From Betaproteobacteria bacterium (GTDB lineage Bacteria > Pseudomonadota > Gammaproteobacteria > Burkholderiales > JACQAP01), in contig JBDTRK010000002.1 of the NCBI GenBank assembly GCA_039931685.1, positions 11,253 to 75,252 on the forward strand: a DNA stretch of 64,000 bases. Direction: 5' to 3'. Made by a program: the position numbers and the translations under genes. Below are positions 15,891-26,064 of this stretch, one piece after another. The notes beneath the pieces are model-generated. The model was given only the letters and a program-made list of their open reading frames with translations. It was not told the origin of the DNA and searched no databases. Each line of letters starts with the position of its first letter. Position 1 is the stretch's first letter.

Positions 15891-16613
15891 TCAGGAATCA
15901 CCCGGCGCCGGCGTTCGCGCCACGATCCAGCCAATCACCTCGCGCGCACCGCGCTGCTTCAGGGTGCGAGCCAGTTCATTGAGCGTCGCCCCTGTCGTCA
16001 GAACGTCGTCCACGACGGCGACAGTTTTGCCGCCAACATCGAAATCGCAGACGAACGCGCCGCGTATGTTGGCCGCACGCTGCTTCCATGGCAGGGAAGC
16101 CTGGGGCGTGCCATCGTGTATCCGATGACAGGCGCCTGAGCTTATTTTCAGACCGAATTCCAGCGCCAGACGCCGCGCAATTTCCATGGCCTGATTGAAT
16201 CCGCGCTGCGCCAGCCGGGCGGGCGCCAGCGGCATGGGCATGATCACATCCGGATACGGTTCACTGTCCAGAGCGCTGACCAGTCCTGCGGCCAGGGGCC
16301 GTGCGCTGGCAAGGTTGCCGCGGTACTTCAGTGCCTGGACCAGTTCGCTGACTGGATATTGGTACATAAATGCGGTCACGACCCGATCGAAGCGCGGCGG
16401 CTCGCCCAGGCAGCGACCGCAGAGCTCTCCGGCTGGATCGGGAATCGCGCACACCGGACAATGCGCATGGGGCAGCGGGGGCAGGCTTTCACGGCAGCCC
16501 TCGCACAGGCCGTCGTTACTTGCGCGATCACCGCACAGCAGGCAGGCCGGCGATATCAGCCACTGGGCAATCGGCAGGCAGTAGTCGAAAATGCGATAAA
16601 TAGAATTTGACAT
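15891..16613 (-). CDS. comF: ComF family protein (phosphoribosyltransferase-like)
   Basis: N-terminal Cys clusters ([21 protein letters not shown]) and PRTase motif [14 protein letters not shown]. Start taken at MSNSIYRIF. Confidence 0.85.
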   Translation of the reverse strand: MSNSIYRIFDYCLPIAQWLISPACLLCGDRASNDGLCEGCRESLPPLPHAHCPVCAIPDPAGELCGRCLGEPPRFDRVVTAFMYQYPVSELVQALKYRGNLASARPLAAGLVSALDSEPYPDVIMPMPLAPARLAQRGFNQAMEIARRLALEFGLKISSGACHRIHDGTPQASLPWKQRAANIRGAFVCDFDVGGKTVAVVDDVLTTGATLNELARTLKQRGAREVIGWIVARTPAPGDS

Positions 16614-16674
16614 GAATTGCCGCTTCCCCGACCATCTCCGCCAAGCAACTATCCGGATACCCACCGACCACATC

Positions 16675-17685
16675 ATGCCCGACTCCGCGCCAGCCCTCAC
16701 GCAGATTAAAGTCGTAACCGACCCCGCGCGCTGGTCCGCGTCCGGCGTCGAAGCGCTGCTATCCACGTCGTTCGGCGACCTGATGTATCAGGCCCAGCAA
16801 GTTCACAGGCAGCATTTTTCCGCGAATGAAGTGCAACTCTCGACCCTGCTGTCCATCAAGACCGGCGGTTGTCCCGAGGATTGCGGATATTGTCCGCAAG
16901 CTGCGCGCTATCACACGGGTGTCGACAATGAAGCGCTGATGTTGATTGACGCGGTAGTGGATGCGGCGCGCACGGCAAAACTCAATGGAGCTTCGCGATT
17001 CTGCATGGGCGCCGCCTGGCGCGGGCCCAAGCAGCGTGATCTGGAAAAGGTCGCGCAAATGGTGCGCGAGGTCAAGGCGCTGGGCCTGGAGACTTGCGCA
17101 ACCCTGGGCATGCTGGGGAAGGGCCAGGCTGAACAACTCAAAGATGCCGGCCTGGATTACTACAATCACAATCTCGATACCGATCCGGCGTTGTATGGTG
17201 AAATCATCACCACCCGCGAGCAGGCGGACCGGCTGGATACGCTGCACAAGGTGCGCACCGCCGGCATCCATGTATGCTGCGGAGGCATTGTCGGCATGGG
17301 AGAAACACGCGCCAATCGTGCGGCACTCATCGCCGAGTTGGCCAATCTCGATCCCTATCCGGAAAGCGTGCCGATCAATAATCTGGTGCAGGTGAAAGGC
17401 ACGCCACTGCATGGGACGCCGGAACTTGATCCGTTCGAGTTCGTGCGCACCATCGCCGCGGCGCGCATCACCATGCCGCGTGCCATGGTAAGACTTTCCG
17501 CCGGCCGCGAGACCATGTCGGAACAGACCCAGGCGCTGTGTTTTCTGGCCGGTGCAAATTCAATCTTCTACGGCGAAAAACTGCTGACCACCGCTAATCC
17601 CGTGGCTGATCGCGATCGGGTTTTGTTCGACAAGCTCGGCATCAGGCCCATGGAAATGCGTGACAATAGTAGCGGCGGCGGCTGA
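16675..17685 (+). CDS. bioB: Biotin synthase
   Basis: Radical-SAM motif [10 protein letters not shown], plus YNHNLDT and GIVGMGET. Start taken at MPDSAPAL. Confidence 0.95.
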   Translation: MPDSAPALTQIKVVTDPARWSASGVEALLSTSFGDLMYQAQQVHRQHFSANEVQLSTLLSIKTGGCPEDCGYCPQAARYHTGVDNEALMLIDAVVDAARTAKLNGASRFCMGAAWRGPKQRDLEKVAQMVREVKALGLETCATLGMLGKGQAEQLKDAGLDYYNHNLDTDPALYGEIITTREQADRLDTLHKVRTAGIHVCCGGIVGMGETRANRAALIAELANLDPYPESVPINNLVQVKGTPLHGTPELDPFEFVRTIAAARITMPRAMVRLSAGRETMSEQTQALCFLAGANSIFYGEKLLTTANPVADRDRVLFDKLGIRPMEMRDNSSGGG

Positions 17686-17732
17686 CAGTTTCCGCCCCTT
17701 CGTCCGGCTATCGATTCCGGGTCTGCTCTCCA

Positions 17733-18890
17733 ATGCGCGATCTCGCCGCCGAACTTGCCGACATCGAACGGCAAGACCTGTACCGTCGACGCCGCCTGCT
17801 AGATTCCCCGCAGGGAGCGCACGTCCGGGTTGATGGCCTGGATTATGTTTCCTTTTGCAGCAACGACTATCTGGGCCTGGCGTCGGATTCTCGCATCTCC
17901 GACGCGGCGGCTGAATCGCTTCGTCATCTGGGACTCGGTGCCGGCGCCTCGCATCTGGTGAGCGGTCATCATCGGGTTCACGACGATCTCGAGCGCGCAC
18001 TTGCCGAATTCGTCGGGATGCCGAGGGCATTGCTGTTTTCCGCCGGTTACCTGGCCAATCTCGCAATTGTTAGTGTCCTCGCGAGTCGCTCCAGCGACGT
18101 GTTCGCAGATCGCCTGAATCATGCTTCGCTGAACGACGCGATGCTGTTGTCCCGGGCACGCTGCCGGCGTTATGCACATTGCGATCTGACGGCCCTTGAC
18201 GGTCTGCTGGCCCGCTCCATGGCTGCGGACAAGATCGTCGTCACCGACGCGGTGTTCAGCATGGACGGGAATATCGCGCCGCTACCCGGCATCGCGCAAT
18301 TGTGCGAACGCTACGGCGCCTGGCTGGTGATCGATGATGCGCACGGCTTCGGCGTGCTGGGCGCAAATGGCGGCGGTGCACTAAGCCACTTCGGACTCGA
18401 TTCCCCTCACATCGCCTACGTTGGCACATTGGGCAAGGCGGCTGGCGCGGCGGGCGCATTCGTTGCGGGCAGTGAGCAGTTGGTCGAGTTGCTGATCCAG
18501 CGCGCACGCACCTATATCTACACCACTGCCAGTCCGCCGCACCTGGCGGCGGGAGTGCTCAAGAGCATCGAAATTATGCGCTCCGAACCCTGGCGCCGTC
18601 AGCGCCTTGCAGCACTCGCTGAACGCCTTTACGGCAAGCTCAAACTGCGCAAATGGTGTTTGCTGGCTTCGCAGACGGCTATTCAGCCGCTGATCGTCGG
18701 CGAAAATTCCGAATGCGTACATCTGAGTGAGGTTCTGGCGGCGACGGGCATTCTCGTGCCCGCCATCCGCCCACCCACAGTTGCCAAAGGCAGCGCGCGT
18801 TTGCGCATTTCCCTGTCTGCGGCCCATGCCGAAGCCGAGGTGGATCACTTGATCGATGCCCTGCAGCGAGCCGAGGCCTTGCTTTCATGA
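17733..18890 (+). CDS. bioF: 8-amino-7-oxononanoate synthase
   Basis: PLP class II aminotransferase. SNDYLGL, DDAHGFGVLG and GTLGKAAG (PLP lysine). Confidence 0.93.
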   Translation: MRDLAAELADIERQDLYRRRRLLDSPQGAHVRVDGLDYVSFCSNDYLGLASDSRISDAAAESLRHLGLGAGASHLVSGHHRVHDDLERALAEFVGMPRALLFSAGYLANLAIVSVLASRSSDVFADRLNHASLNDAMLLSRARCRRYAHCDLTALDGLLARSMAADKIVVTDAVFSMDGNIAPLPGIAQLCERYGAWLVIDDAHGFGVLGANGGGALSHFGLDSPHIAYVGTLGKAAGAAGAFVAGSEQLVELLIQRARTYIYTTASPPHLAAGVLKSIEIMRSEPWRRQRLAALAERLYGKLKLRKWCLLASQTAIQPLIVGENSECVHLSEVLAATGILVPAIRPPTVAKGSARLRISLSAAHAEAEVDHLIDALQRAEALLS

Positions 18891-19753
18891 ACGATGCCTC
18901 CACGCCGGAAAAAAGCCAGATGCGCCGTTCCTTCGACCGTGCTGCATCAACTTACGATCGCGCGGCAGTCCTGCAACGGGAAGTTTGCGCCCGCGCGCTG
19001 GAGCGATTGGACCTGGTCAAACTCGATCCCGCTGCCATCATCGATGCGGGTTGCGGTACCGGGTTCGCGGCGCAGTCGTTACGCAAGCGCTTTCCGCGCG
19101 CCCACCTGATCGGGCTCGACATCGCCCCGGCCATGCTGCACGCGTCGCGAGCGCGAATTCCGGCGTGGAGGAAATGGGTCGGATTGGACGGCCAGGCACT
19201 TGTCTGCGGTGACAACGAGCGGCTGCCGATACGATCCGGCAGCGTGGGCATGATCTGGTCCAATCTTGCGTTCCAGTGGGCGGGCGACTTGACGACAGTT
19301 TTTGCGGAGTGCCGGCGCGTGTTGCGACCCGGCGGTCTGCTTATGTTCACGACGTTAGGTCCGGATACGCTAAAGGAACTGCGCGCGGCCAGTGCTGGCG
19401 ACGGCAGGATCCACGTCAATCGCTTTACCGACATGCATGATATCGGTGACATGATGATCGGTGCCGGTTTCGCGGATCCGGTCATGGATATGGAATATCT
19501 GACACTCACCTACGCCGACGTGCGCAGCCTGATGCGCGATCTCAAGCAACTCGGCGCGCACAATGTCGCCGTCGGCCGCAATCGTGGCATGACCGGTAAG
19601 CACGCGCTGCGGGAAATGGAAGCGCGCTATGAGTCCTTTCGTCGCGACCAGTGTCTGCCTGCGACTTTCGAGGTCATATACGGACATGCGTGGGTGCCAT
19701 TGCTGCGCACAGGGCCCGGTGGTCGGCCGGTCATCGACATCAAGTCCGCCTAG
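18887..19753 (+). CDS. bioC: Malonyl-[ACP] O-methyltransferase
   Basis: ATGA overlap with bioF. SAM motif IIDAGCGTG and BioC-like N-terminus FDRAASTYDRAAVLQ. Confidence 0.88.
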   Translation: MNDASTPEKSQMRRSFDRAASTYDRAAVLQREVCARALERLDLVKLDPAAIIDAGCGTGFAAQSLRKRFPRAHLIGLDIAPAMLHASRARIPAWRKWVGLDGQALVCGDNERLPIRSGSVGMIWSNLAFQWAGDLTTVFAECRRVLRPGGLLMFTTLGPDTLKELRAASAGDGRIHVNRFTDMHDIGDMMIGAGFADPVMDMEYLTLTYADVRSLMRDLKQLGAHNVAVGRNRGMTGKHALREMEARYESFRRDQCLPATFEVIYGHAWVPLLRTGPGGRPVIDIKSA

Positions 19754-19762
19754 GAACTCGAA

Positions 19763-20461
19763 ATGGCTCGCCTCGTGTCGCCGGTATCTGCTTCCGGACT
19801 ATTCATAACAGGTACCGATACAGGGTGCGGAAAAACGCTGGTCGCGGCCGCCCTGCTGCGCGCATTTGCCGCCTCCGGCATGCGTGCGGTGGGCATGAAA
19901 CCCGTGGCGACCGGCTGTCGCACGGATGCGCATGACCGTGCGAATGAGGACGTGGCGGCACTCCTGTCGGCCTCCAATGTCAGCGCGCCGATTAACCTGA
20001 TCAACCCGTATTGCTTCGAACCGCCGATTGCGCCGCATATTGCGGCGCAGTGCGCCGGCACGACAATCTCGCTGGTGCACATCCGCGAATGCTATCGCGC
20101 TCTGGCCAAACTGGCAGATCGTGTGGTTGTGGAAGGTGCGGGTGGATTACTCGTTCCTTTGGGCCCGCAGGAAGATTGGGGTGACCTGGCGCGGCTTATC
20201 GAGCTTCCTGTGTTGCTGGTCGTCGGCATGCGGCTGGGGTGCCTGAATCATGCGTTGCTGACGGCTGAGGCCATTCGCAGCCGCGGCCTCGTGTTTGCAG
20301 GATGGGTCGCCAACCGCATCGACCCGACTATGTCTTTCTTCGAGGAGAACCTGGAAACGCTGCGCGGCAAACTGCCCGCTCCGCTGGTAGCGATCATGCC
20401 CTTTGCGCCGGACCAGGCGCAGGCCTGCGCCGTGCTGAATCCAGATCTGCTGGTCGGGTGA
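19763..20461 (+). CDS. bioD: Dethiobiotin synthase
   Basis: P-loop LFITGTDTGCGKT. Follows bioC. Confidence 0.92.
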   Translation: MARLVSPVSASGLFITGTDTGCGKTLVAAALLRAFAASGMRAVGMKPVATGCRTDAHDRANEDVAALLSASNVSAPINLINPYCFEPPIAPHIAAQCAGTTISLVHIRECYRALAKLADRVVVEGAGGLLVPLGPQEDWGDLARLIELPVLLVVGMRLGCLNHALLTAEAIRSRGLVFAGWVANRIDPTMSFFEENLETLRGKLPAPLVAIMPFAPDQAQACAVLNPDLLVG

Positions 20462-20627
20462 AAAATGTCGCGGATTCGCCGGGCTGCCGGGGCGGACTGC
20501 AAGCACCCGCTTTCTTGCCATCGTATGGCGGCATGTGCGACAATTCGCCGCGCTAAAAAGGGGCGGGTTTATGTGTTGCGGCCCTTCGCAAGGGCACACC
20601 AAAACGGGATTGCGGCATGAACTGCAA

Positions 20628-21101
20628 ATGAACCGGAACGCAATGGGGAACGAATTGGAATTCACGTTCGTTGCGCGGCGGAACAATTCTCTTTCATCCG
20701 GCGGCAGGCTGCTCGTTGTCGGTTCTCTTGCGGCGGTGATCTTTGCGATTTCCCTGGGATTTGCGCTCCATGGCGCCTGGCTGGTTTTCCCGTTCGCAGG
20801 CTTGGACATCCTGGTGGTGTACCTGGCATTTCGATATGTGGAACAACGTGCGGGTGACTACGAATGCATTTCGTTTCACGATGACAAGATCGTCATTGAA
20901 AGTCGGTGCAAAGCCAAGACTGACAGTTTCGAATTCAACCGCCACTGGGTTCAGGTAACGTTCGTCGAATCCCGGGGCGCGGAGCGGTCGCGGCTGTTGC
21001 TGCGGTCCCATGGTAAAGAAGTGGAGTTCGGCGCCCATCTGACCGGCGAGCAGCGTGACGCGGTCGCGCGCCGGCTGAAAGAACACCTGAAAGTCCGTTA
21101 A
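20628..21101 (+). CDS. DUF2244-like integral membrane protein associated with cytochrome oxidase clusters
   Basis: Two adjacent TM helices then a soluble domain. Conserved position immediately upstream of coxB. Start uncertain (20628 or 20643). Confidence 0.6.
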   Translation: MNRNAMGNELEFTFVARRNNSLSSGGRLLVVGSLAAVIFAISLGFALHGAWLVFPFAGLDILVVYLAFRYVEQRAGDYECISFHDDKIVIESRCKAKTDSFEFNRHWVQVTFVESRGAERSRLLLRSHGKEVEFGAHLTGEQRDAVARRLKEHLKVR

Positions 21102-21127
21102 TACAAGGCATTCGTTTGGGGGGAAGC

Positions 21128-22225
21128 ATGATCAAGACGTTGTTTCGGAAAATTGGTGCGGGTACGTTGACGATGCTTGTGCCTGCGCTGGTTTGGGCGC
21201 AGGACAAGGCCAAGTGGAATCTGCAGGAGCCGCATACGTCGGTTGCCCGCGAGATGTACGATCTCCACACCATCGTCCTGATCATCTGTCTGATCATTTT
21301 TGTCGGCGTCTTCGGCGCGATGTTCTATTCGGTGATCTATCACCGCAAGTCGGTTGGGCACAAGGCTGCCCACTTTCATGAAAACACCACGGTTGAAATA
21401 CTGTGGACGGTTATCCCGTTCTTCATCCTCATCGGCATGGCGTGGCCGGCAACGAAAAGCGTGTTGGCGATGCGCGACACGTCCGCGTCGGACATGACGA
21501 TCAAGATCACCGGGTTTCAGTGGAAATGGGGATATGAATACCTGAAAGGCGAAGGCGACCTCGCGGGCGTGGCGGATGGCGTCCAGTTCTATAGCGTGCT
21601 GGCCACGCCGCACGACCAAATATATGGCAATGCCCCGAAAGGGGAGAACTACCTTCTGGAAGTCGACAATCCTCTTGTAGTCCCGGTGGGCAAGAAAGTG
21701 CGCCTGCTGATCACCGCCAACGACGTGCTGCACGCATGGTACATGCCGGCTTTTGGTGTGAAGCAGGATGCCATACCGGGATTCATCCGCGATGCGTGGT
21801 TCAGGGTCGACAAGCCCGGCACCTACCGTGGCCAGTGCGCCGAGTTGTGCGGTAAGGAACATGGTTTCATGCCCATCGTCGTGCAAGCGGTGAGCGCGCA
21901 GGAATTCGCCGACTGGTCGGCCAAGCACAAAGTGGCATCCACCACCCCGGCGGACGCGACTGTCGTTGCTGCCGCGGGCGGCAGCGGCGACGGCAAGGGC
22001 ACTTACGAAAAAGTCTGTACGGTGTGTCATGGCGCGGGCATCGCGGGCGCGCCGAAATTCGGCGACAAGTCGGCCTGGGCGCCGCGTATTGCCGCCGGCA
22101 TCGATGCGCTGCATAACAGCGCGCTCAAAGGCAAGAACGCCATGCCCCCAAAGGGTGGCATGGTCAGCCTGCCTGATGGTGATGTGATTGCGGCAGTGGA
22201 TTACATGGTCAAAGCAGCCAAGTAA
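21128..22225 (+). CDS. coxB: Cytochrome c oxidase subunit II with C-terminal cytochrome c domain
   Basis: CuA site HAWYMP...CAELCGKEHGFM and C-terminal heme motif CTVCHGAG. RBS GGGGGGAAG before ATG 21128. Confidence 0.95.
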   Translation: MIKTLFRKIGAGTLTMLVPALVWAQDKAKWNLQEPHTSVAREMYDLHTIVLIICLIIFVGVFGAMFYSVIYHRKSVGHKAAHFHENTTVEILWTVIPFFILIGMAWPATKSVLAMRDTSASDMTIKITGFQWKWGYEYLKGEGDLAGVADGVQFYSVLATPHDQIYGNAPKGENYLLEVDNPLVVPVGKKVRLLITANDVLHAWYMPAFGVKQDAIPGFIRDAWFRVDKPGTYRGQCAELCGKEHGFMPIVVQAVSAQEFADWSAKHKVASTTPADATVVAAAGGSGDGKGTYEKVCTVCHGAGIAGAPKFGDKSAWAPRIAAGIDALHNSALKGKNAMPPKGGMVSLPDGDVIAAVDYMVKAAK

Positions 22226-22283
22226 CCGGCTGCCGATCCGATTTAACGCAGAGTAATTGGCAGGATATCGAGGAGAAGCAAGC

Positions 22284-23873
22284 ATGAGCGCAGTCATCGG
22301 CCACGATCACGATCATTCGGACGGACATGGGTATCATCCCGGCGGCATCATGCGCTGGGTCAAGACCACAAACCACAAGGACATCGGCACGATGTACCTG
22401 TGGTTCAGCTTCATCATGTTCCTGACCGGCGGTTTCATGGCCATGGTGATTCGTGCGGAACTGTTCATGCCGGGCATGCAGGTTGTAAATCCCGAAGTAT
22501 TCAATCAGATGACCACGCTGCACGGCCTGATCATGGTGTTCGGCGCGATCATGCCGGCCTTCGTCGGCTTCGCAAACTGGCTGATCCCGATGCAGATCGG
22601 CGCGCCTGACATGGCTTTCCCGCGGATGAACAACTGGAGCTTCTGGCTGCTGCCCCCGGCCGCATTGCTGCTGATTCTTTCGCTCTTCGTTCCGGGTGGT
22701 GCGCCTGGCGTGGGCTGGACGCTTTATGCCCCGCTGTCGGTGCAGCAAGGTATGGGCATGGATCTGACGATTTTCGCGATCCACATTCTGGGTATGTCTT
22801 CGATCATGGGTTCGATCAACATCATTACCACCGTGCTCAATCTGCGCGCGCCCGGGATGACGTTGATGAAAATGCCGCTGTTCGTGTGGACCTGGCTCAT
22901 TACCGCCTATCTGCTGATCGCGGTGATGCCTGTGCTGGCCGGCGCGGTCACCATGACCCTGACGGATCGCCATTTCGGCACGCATTTCTTCAATGCCGCC
23001 GGGGGCGGCGACCCGGTCCTGTTCCAGCATATTTTCTGGTTCTTCGGTCATCCCGAGGTTTACATCATTGCCATTCCGGCGTTTGGCGTCGTGTCTCAGG
23101 TCATTCCGGCGTTCTCGCGCAAGCCCCTGTTTGGTTATACCTCAATGGTCTACGCGGTTGCCTCGATCGCGATCCTGTCCTTCCTGGTCTGGGCGCACCA
23201 CATGTATACCACCGGCCTGCCGGTAACCGGCCAGCTTTACTACATGTACGCGACCATGCTGATCGCGGTGCCGACCGGCGTGAAGGTATTCAACTGGGTG
23301 GCCACGATGTGGAAGGGATCGCTCAGTTTCGAAACGCCGATGCTGTTCTCGATCGGTTTCCTTTTCCTGTTCACGCTGGGAGGCTTCAGCGGCCTGGTTC
23401 TGTCCATCGTGCCAGTGGACATCCAGCTACACGATACTTATTACGTTGTCGCGCACTTTCATTACGTCATGGTCGCGGGCGCGCTGTTTTCTGCATTTGC
23501 CGGGGTGTATTTCTGGCTGCCGAAATGGACCGGGCACATGTATGACGAAACCCTCGGCAAGTGGCATTTCTGGCTGTCGATGATTTTCTTCAACATGATT
23601 TTCTTCGTACAGCACTTCCTCGGGCTCGCCGGCATGCCGCGGCGGATTCCGGACTACGCGCCACAGTTCACCGACTTCAACATGATTTCCTCGATCGGCG
23701 CCTTTGGTTTCGGCCTGACGCAGTTGCTATTCCTTTACGTGGTGATCAAATGCATACGTAGCCACGAAAAGGCACCGCAGATGCCGTGGGAAGGCGCTGA
23801 CTCGCTGGAATGGACGCATCTGCCCACGCCGGCGCCGTATCACAGTTTCGAAACGCCGCCGACGGTAAAGTGA
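22284..23873 (+). CDS. ctaD: Cytochrome c oxidase subunit I
   Basis: NHKDIGTMYL, WFFGHPEVYI and HHMYT motifs. RBS GAGGAG before ATG 22284. Confidence 0.97.
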   Translation: MSAVIGHDHDHSDGHGYHPGGIMRWVKTTNHKDIGTMYLWFSFIMFLTGGFMAMVIRAELFMPGMQVVNPEVFNQMTTLHGLIMVFGAIMPAFVGFANWLIPMQIGAPDMAFPRMNNWSFWLLPPAALLLILSLFVPGGAPGVGWTLYAPLSVQQGMGMDLTIFAIHILGMSSIMGSINIITTVLNLRAPGMTLMKMPLFVWTWLITAYLLIAVMPVLAGAVTMTLTDRHFGTHFFNAAGGGDPVLFQHIFWFFGHPEVYIIAIPAFGVVSQVIPAFSRKPLFGYTSMVYAVASIAILSFLVWAHHMYTTGLPVTGQLYYMYATMLIAVPTGVKVFNWVATMWKGSLSFETPMLFSIGFLFLFTLGGFSGLVLSIVPVDIQLHDTYYVVAHFHYVMVAGALFSAFAGVYFWLPKWTGHMYDETLGKWHFWLSMIFFNMIFFVQHFLGLAGMPRRIPDYAPQFTDFNMISSIGAFGFGLTQLLFLYVVIKCIRSHEKAPQMPWEGADSLEWTHLPTPAPYHSFETPPTVK

Positions 23874-23908
23874 GGCTTGACGGCTTGCCAGCCCGAGCCA
23901 TCGCGAAC

Positions 23909-24022
23909 ATGGACGAAGAGCAGGTCAGGCGGCAAAAAGCGCGGAACCTCAGGACCGGGTTGATCCTGTTGTCTGTGGCGCTGGCCTTTTTTGTGGGAAT
24001 TATTCTGCGGCGCTGGTCATGA
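23909..24022 (+). CDS. Small cytochrome oxidase assembly membrane protein (~37 aa)
   Basis: MDEEQVRRQKARNLRTGLILLSVALAFFVGIILRRWS is a single TM helix. ATGA overlap with ctaG. Conserved slot between ctaD and cox11. Confidence 0.55.
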   Translation: MDEEQVRRQKARNLRTGLILLSVALAFFVGIILRRWS

Positions 24023-24582
24023 GTCACGAAGGCGCGAATCGCATCATCCTGGTCAAGTTGCTGGTAGTGACCGTCGGGATGTTCGGCTTCGGCTATGCGC
24101 TGGTGCCGTTGTACAAGAAGATTTGCGAAGTCACCGGCATCAATCAGGTAGAGAAGGCGAACGCGCCGCTGGCCAATACGCAGGTCGATACCAGCCGCCT
24201 GGTCGCGGTGGAATTCGACGCCAATGTGCGCAGCGACCTGCCGTGGAAATTCAGGCCTTTGCAGGCCGGGATGAAGGTGCATCCCGGGCAGTTGGTGCAA
24301 GTCATGTACGAAGTACACAACGATTCGGATCGTCCAATCACCGGACAGGCGATTCCGAGCTATGGGCCGCAAATTGCAGGGCAGTATTTCCGCAAACTGG
24401 AATGCTTTTGCTTTGCGAAGCAGAATTTTGCGCCGGGAGAAGTGCGACAGATGCCGGTGGTGTTCGTGATCGAGAACGAGCTGCCGAAGGACGTGACGAC
24501 GGTCACGTTGTCGTACACGTTCTTCAGTGTCGAAGGTGCAGCGCCGACTGCAGTCGCGCCAAAGAATGGCAAGGCAGGGTGA
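24019..24582 (+). CDS. ctaG: Cytochrome c oxidase assembly protein CtaG/Cox11
   Basis: N-terminal TM helix and the Cox11 copper motif CFCF (KLECFCFAKQ). Confidence 0.92.
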   Translation: MSHEGANRIILVKLLVVTVGMFGFGYALVPLYKKICEVTGINQVEKANAPLANTQVDTSRLVAVEFDANVRSDLPWKFRPLQAGMKVHPGQLVQVMYEVHNDSDRPITGQAIPSYGPQIAGQYFRKLECFCFAKQNFAPGEVRQMPVVFVIENELPKDVTTVTLSYTFFSVEGAAPTAVAPKNGKAG

Positions 24583-24790
24583 TTCCACGGGACCGCAGCC
24601 GGTGCGGAAGGTGTCGCCGCTGCGTGTGTTTAAAACGGTGTTCTGGTCGTTTTTCGGAGTGCGACGGCGCGCCGACAATCAGGACGATTTCGCCGGCATC
24701 ACGCCGGTGCAGGTAATCGTAGCGGGCGTGCTGGGCGCGATAATATTCGTCACTTCACTGATCACGCTGGTCAAGTTCGTTGTCAGGTGA
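24566..24790 (+). CDS. DUF2970-like small membrane protein
   Basis: LRVFKTVFWSFFGVRRR... followed by one TM helix. Usual neighbour of cox11/coxIII. Confidence 0.55.
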   Translation: MARQGDSTGPQPVRKVSPLRVFKTVFWSFFGVRRRADNQDDFAGITPVQVIVAGVLGAIIFVTSLITLVKFVVR

Positions 24791-24861
24791 CCAGCCGCAG
24801 GAATGAAGCGTCGAGAATTTGCGGTAACGGAACTATTGGGAACCTAAGGGAGAACATATAA

Positions 24862-25713
24862 ATGCATAGCGAATCTTCAAGCTACTACCTGCCTGAACCG
24901 TCACATTGGCCGGTCGTTGGCTCGTGTGCGCTTTTCCTGCTGACCTTCGGTGGCGTGCTGTGGATGAATGAGGTCGGAGCGGGGCCTTGGGTTGTCATGG
25001 CCGGTATGGCCGTCATGGTCTACATGATGTTCGGCTGGTTCGGTACGGTCATCCGTGAAAGCGAAGGTGGCAAGTACAACAAGCAGGTGGATATGTCCTT
25101 CCGCTGGAGCATGAGCTGGTTCATCTTTTCCGAAGTCATGTTCTTTGCCGCGTTCTTCGGTGCGCTGTTCTACATGCGCGTGCTTTCGGTTCCCGGACTC
25201 GCCAGTGGCGAAACCATGGAACAGCTCTGGCCCGGCTTCGCGCCCCACTGGCCGGTGTCAGGCCCAGGAATCGAGGAAACATTTACGCCGATGGGTGCCT
25301 GGGGCATTCCGGCAATCAATACCCTGATCCTGCTGTCGTCCGGTGTGACGGTGACTTGGGCACACTGGGCGTTGAAAAAGAACAATCGCGCTCAACTGAT
25401 TGCCGGATTGTTCGCCACGGTGGCGCTCGGCATCCTGTTTCTTTCACTGCAGGCTTACGAGTATGTGCATGCGTATCACGAGCTCAACCTGACGTTGGGC
25501 ATGGGCGCGTACGGCGCGACCTTCTTCATGTTGACCGGTTTTCACGGTTTTCACGTGACCGTTGGAACCATCATGCTGATCGTCATTCTCGGTCGATCCC
25601 TGGCCGGACATTTCACCGCCGAACATCACTTCGCCTTCGAAGGTGTATCGTGGTACTGGCACTTTGTCGACGTGGTCTGGCTGCTATTGTTCGTAATGGT
25701 TTACTGGCTCTGA
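24862..25713 (+). CDS. ctaE: Cytochrome c oxidase subunit III
   Basis: Seven-TM profile with GFHGFHVTVGTIML and WYWHFVDVVWL motifs. Confidence 0.95.
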   Translation: MHSESSSYYLPEPSHWPVVGSCALFLLTFGGVLWMNEVGAGPWVVMAGMAVMVYMMFGWFGTVIRESEGGKYNKQVDMSFRWSMSWFIFSEVMFFAAFFGALFYMRVLSVPGLASGETMEQLWPGFAPHWPVSGPGIEETFTPMGAWGIPAINTLILLSSGVTVTWAHWALKKNNRAQLIAGLFATVALGILFLSLQAYEYVHAYHELNLTLGMGAYGATFFMLTGFHGFHVTVGTIMLIVILGRSLAGHFTAEHHFAFEGVSWYWHFVDVVWLLLFVMVYWL

Positions 25714-25779
25714 TCGCGACAGACTAAAGGATAAGAAAAACAACTGAGCAGGAGCCTCGCGTCAGTCGCGGGGAACTGG

Positions 25780-25807
25780 AGCCGCACGAATGTGCGGCTG
25801 TTTTTTT
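25780..25807 (+). terminator. Rho-independent terminator after ctaE
   Basis: AGCCGCAC gaat GTGCGGCT followed by G and T7. Confidence 0.8.
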
Positions 25808-26005
25808 CTAGAGGCCGGTTTTGGGAATGATGCCGAAGTAGTGACCGAGCATCAGAAGTACAAACAGCGTGATCGAAAGGGCAACACGGATAGTCAAAGC
25901 CTTGACGGTGCGATCAGATGTGCCCTTGTCACGGATCAGGTAGAACATCGCCGATCCGAGACTCAGGACGATGACAACGATAAAGGCGATGACGACGTAG
26001 CGCAT
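25808..26005 (-). CDS. Twin-transmembrane-helix small protein (DUF2909-like)
   Basis: 65 aa, MRYVVIAFIVVIVLSLGSAMFYLIRDKG...ITLFVLLMLGHYFGIIP. Conserved in oxidase clusters. Start at the internal ATG 26005. Confidence 0.6.
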   Translation of the reverse strand: MRYVVIAFIVVIVLSLGSAMFYLIRDKGTSDRTVKALTIRVALSITLFVLLMLGHYFGIIPKTGL

Positions 26006-26064
26006 AGCGGATGATTCAGTGAACCGAGCGGTGCAGTGTAAAGGATAAGACAACGCCCTTCCAT

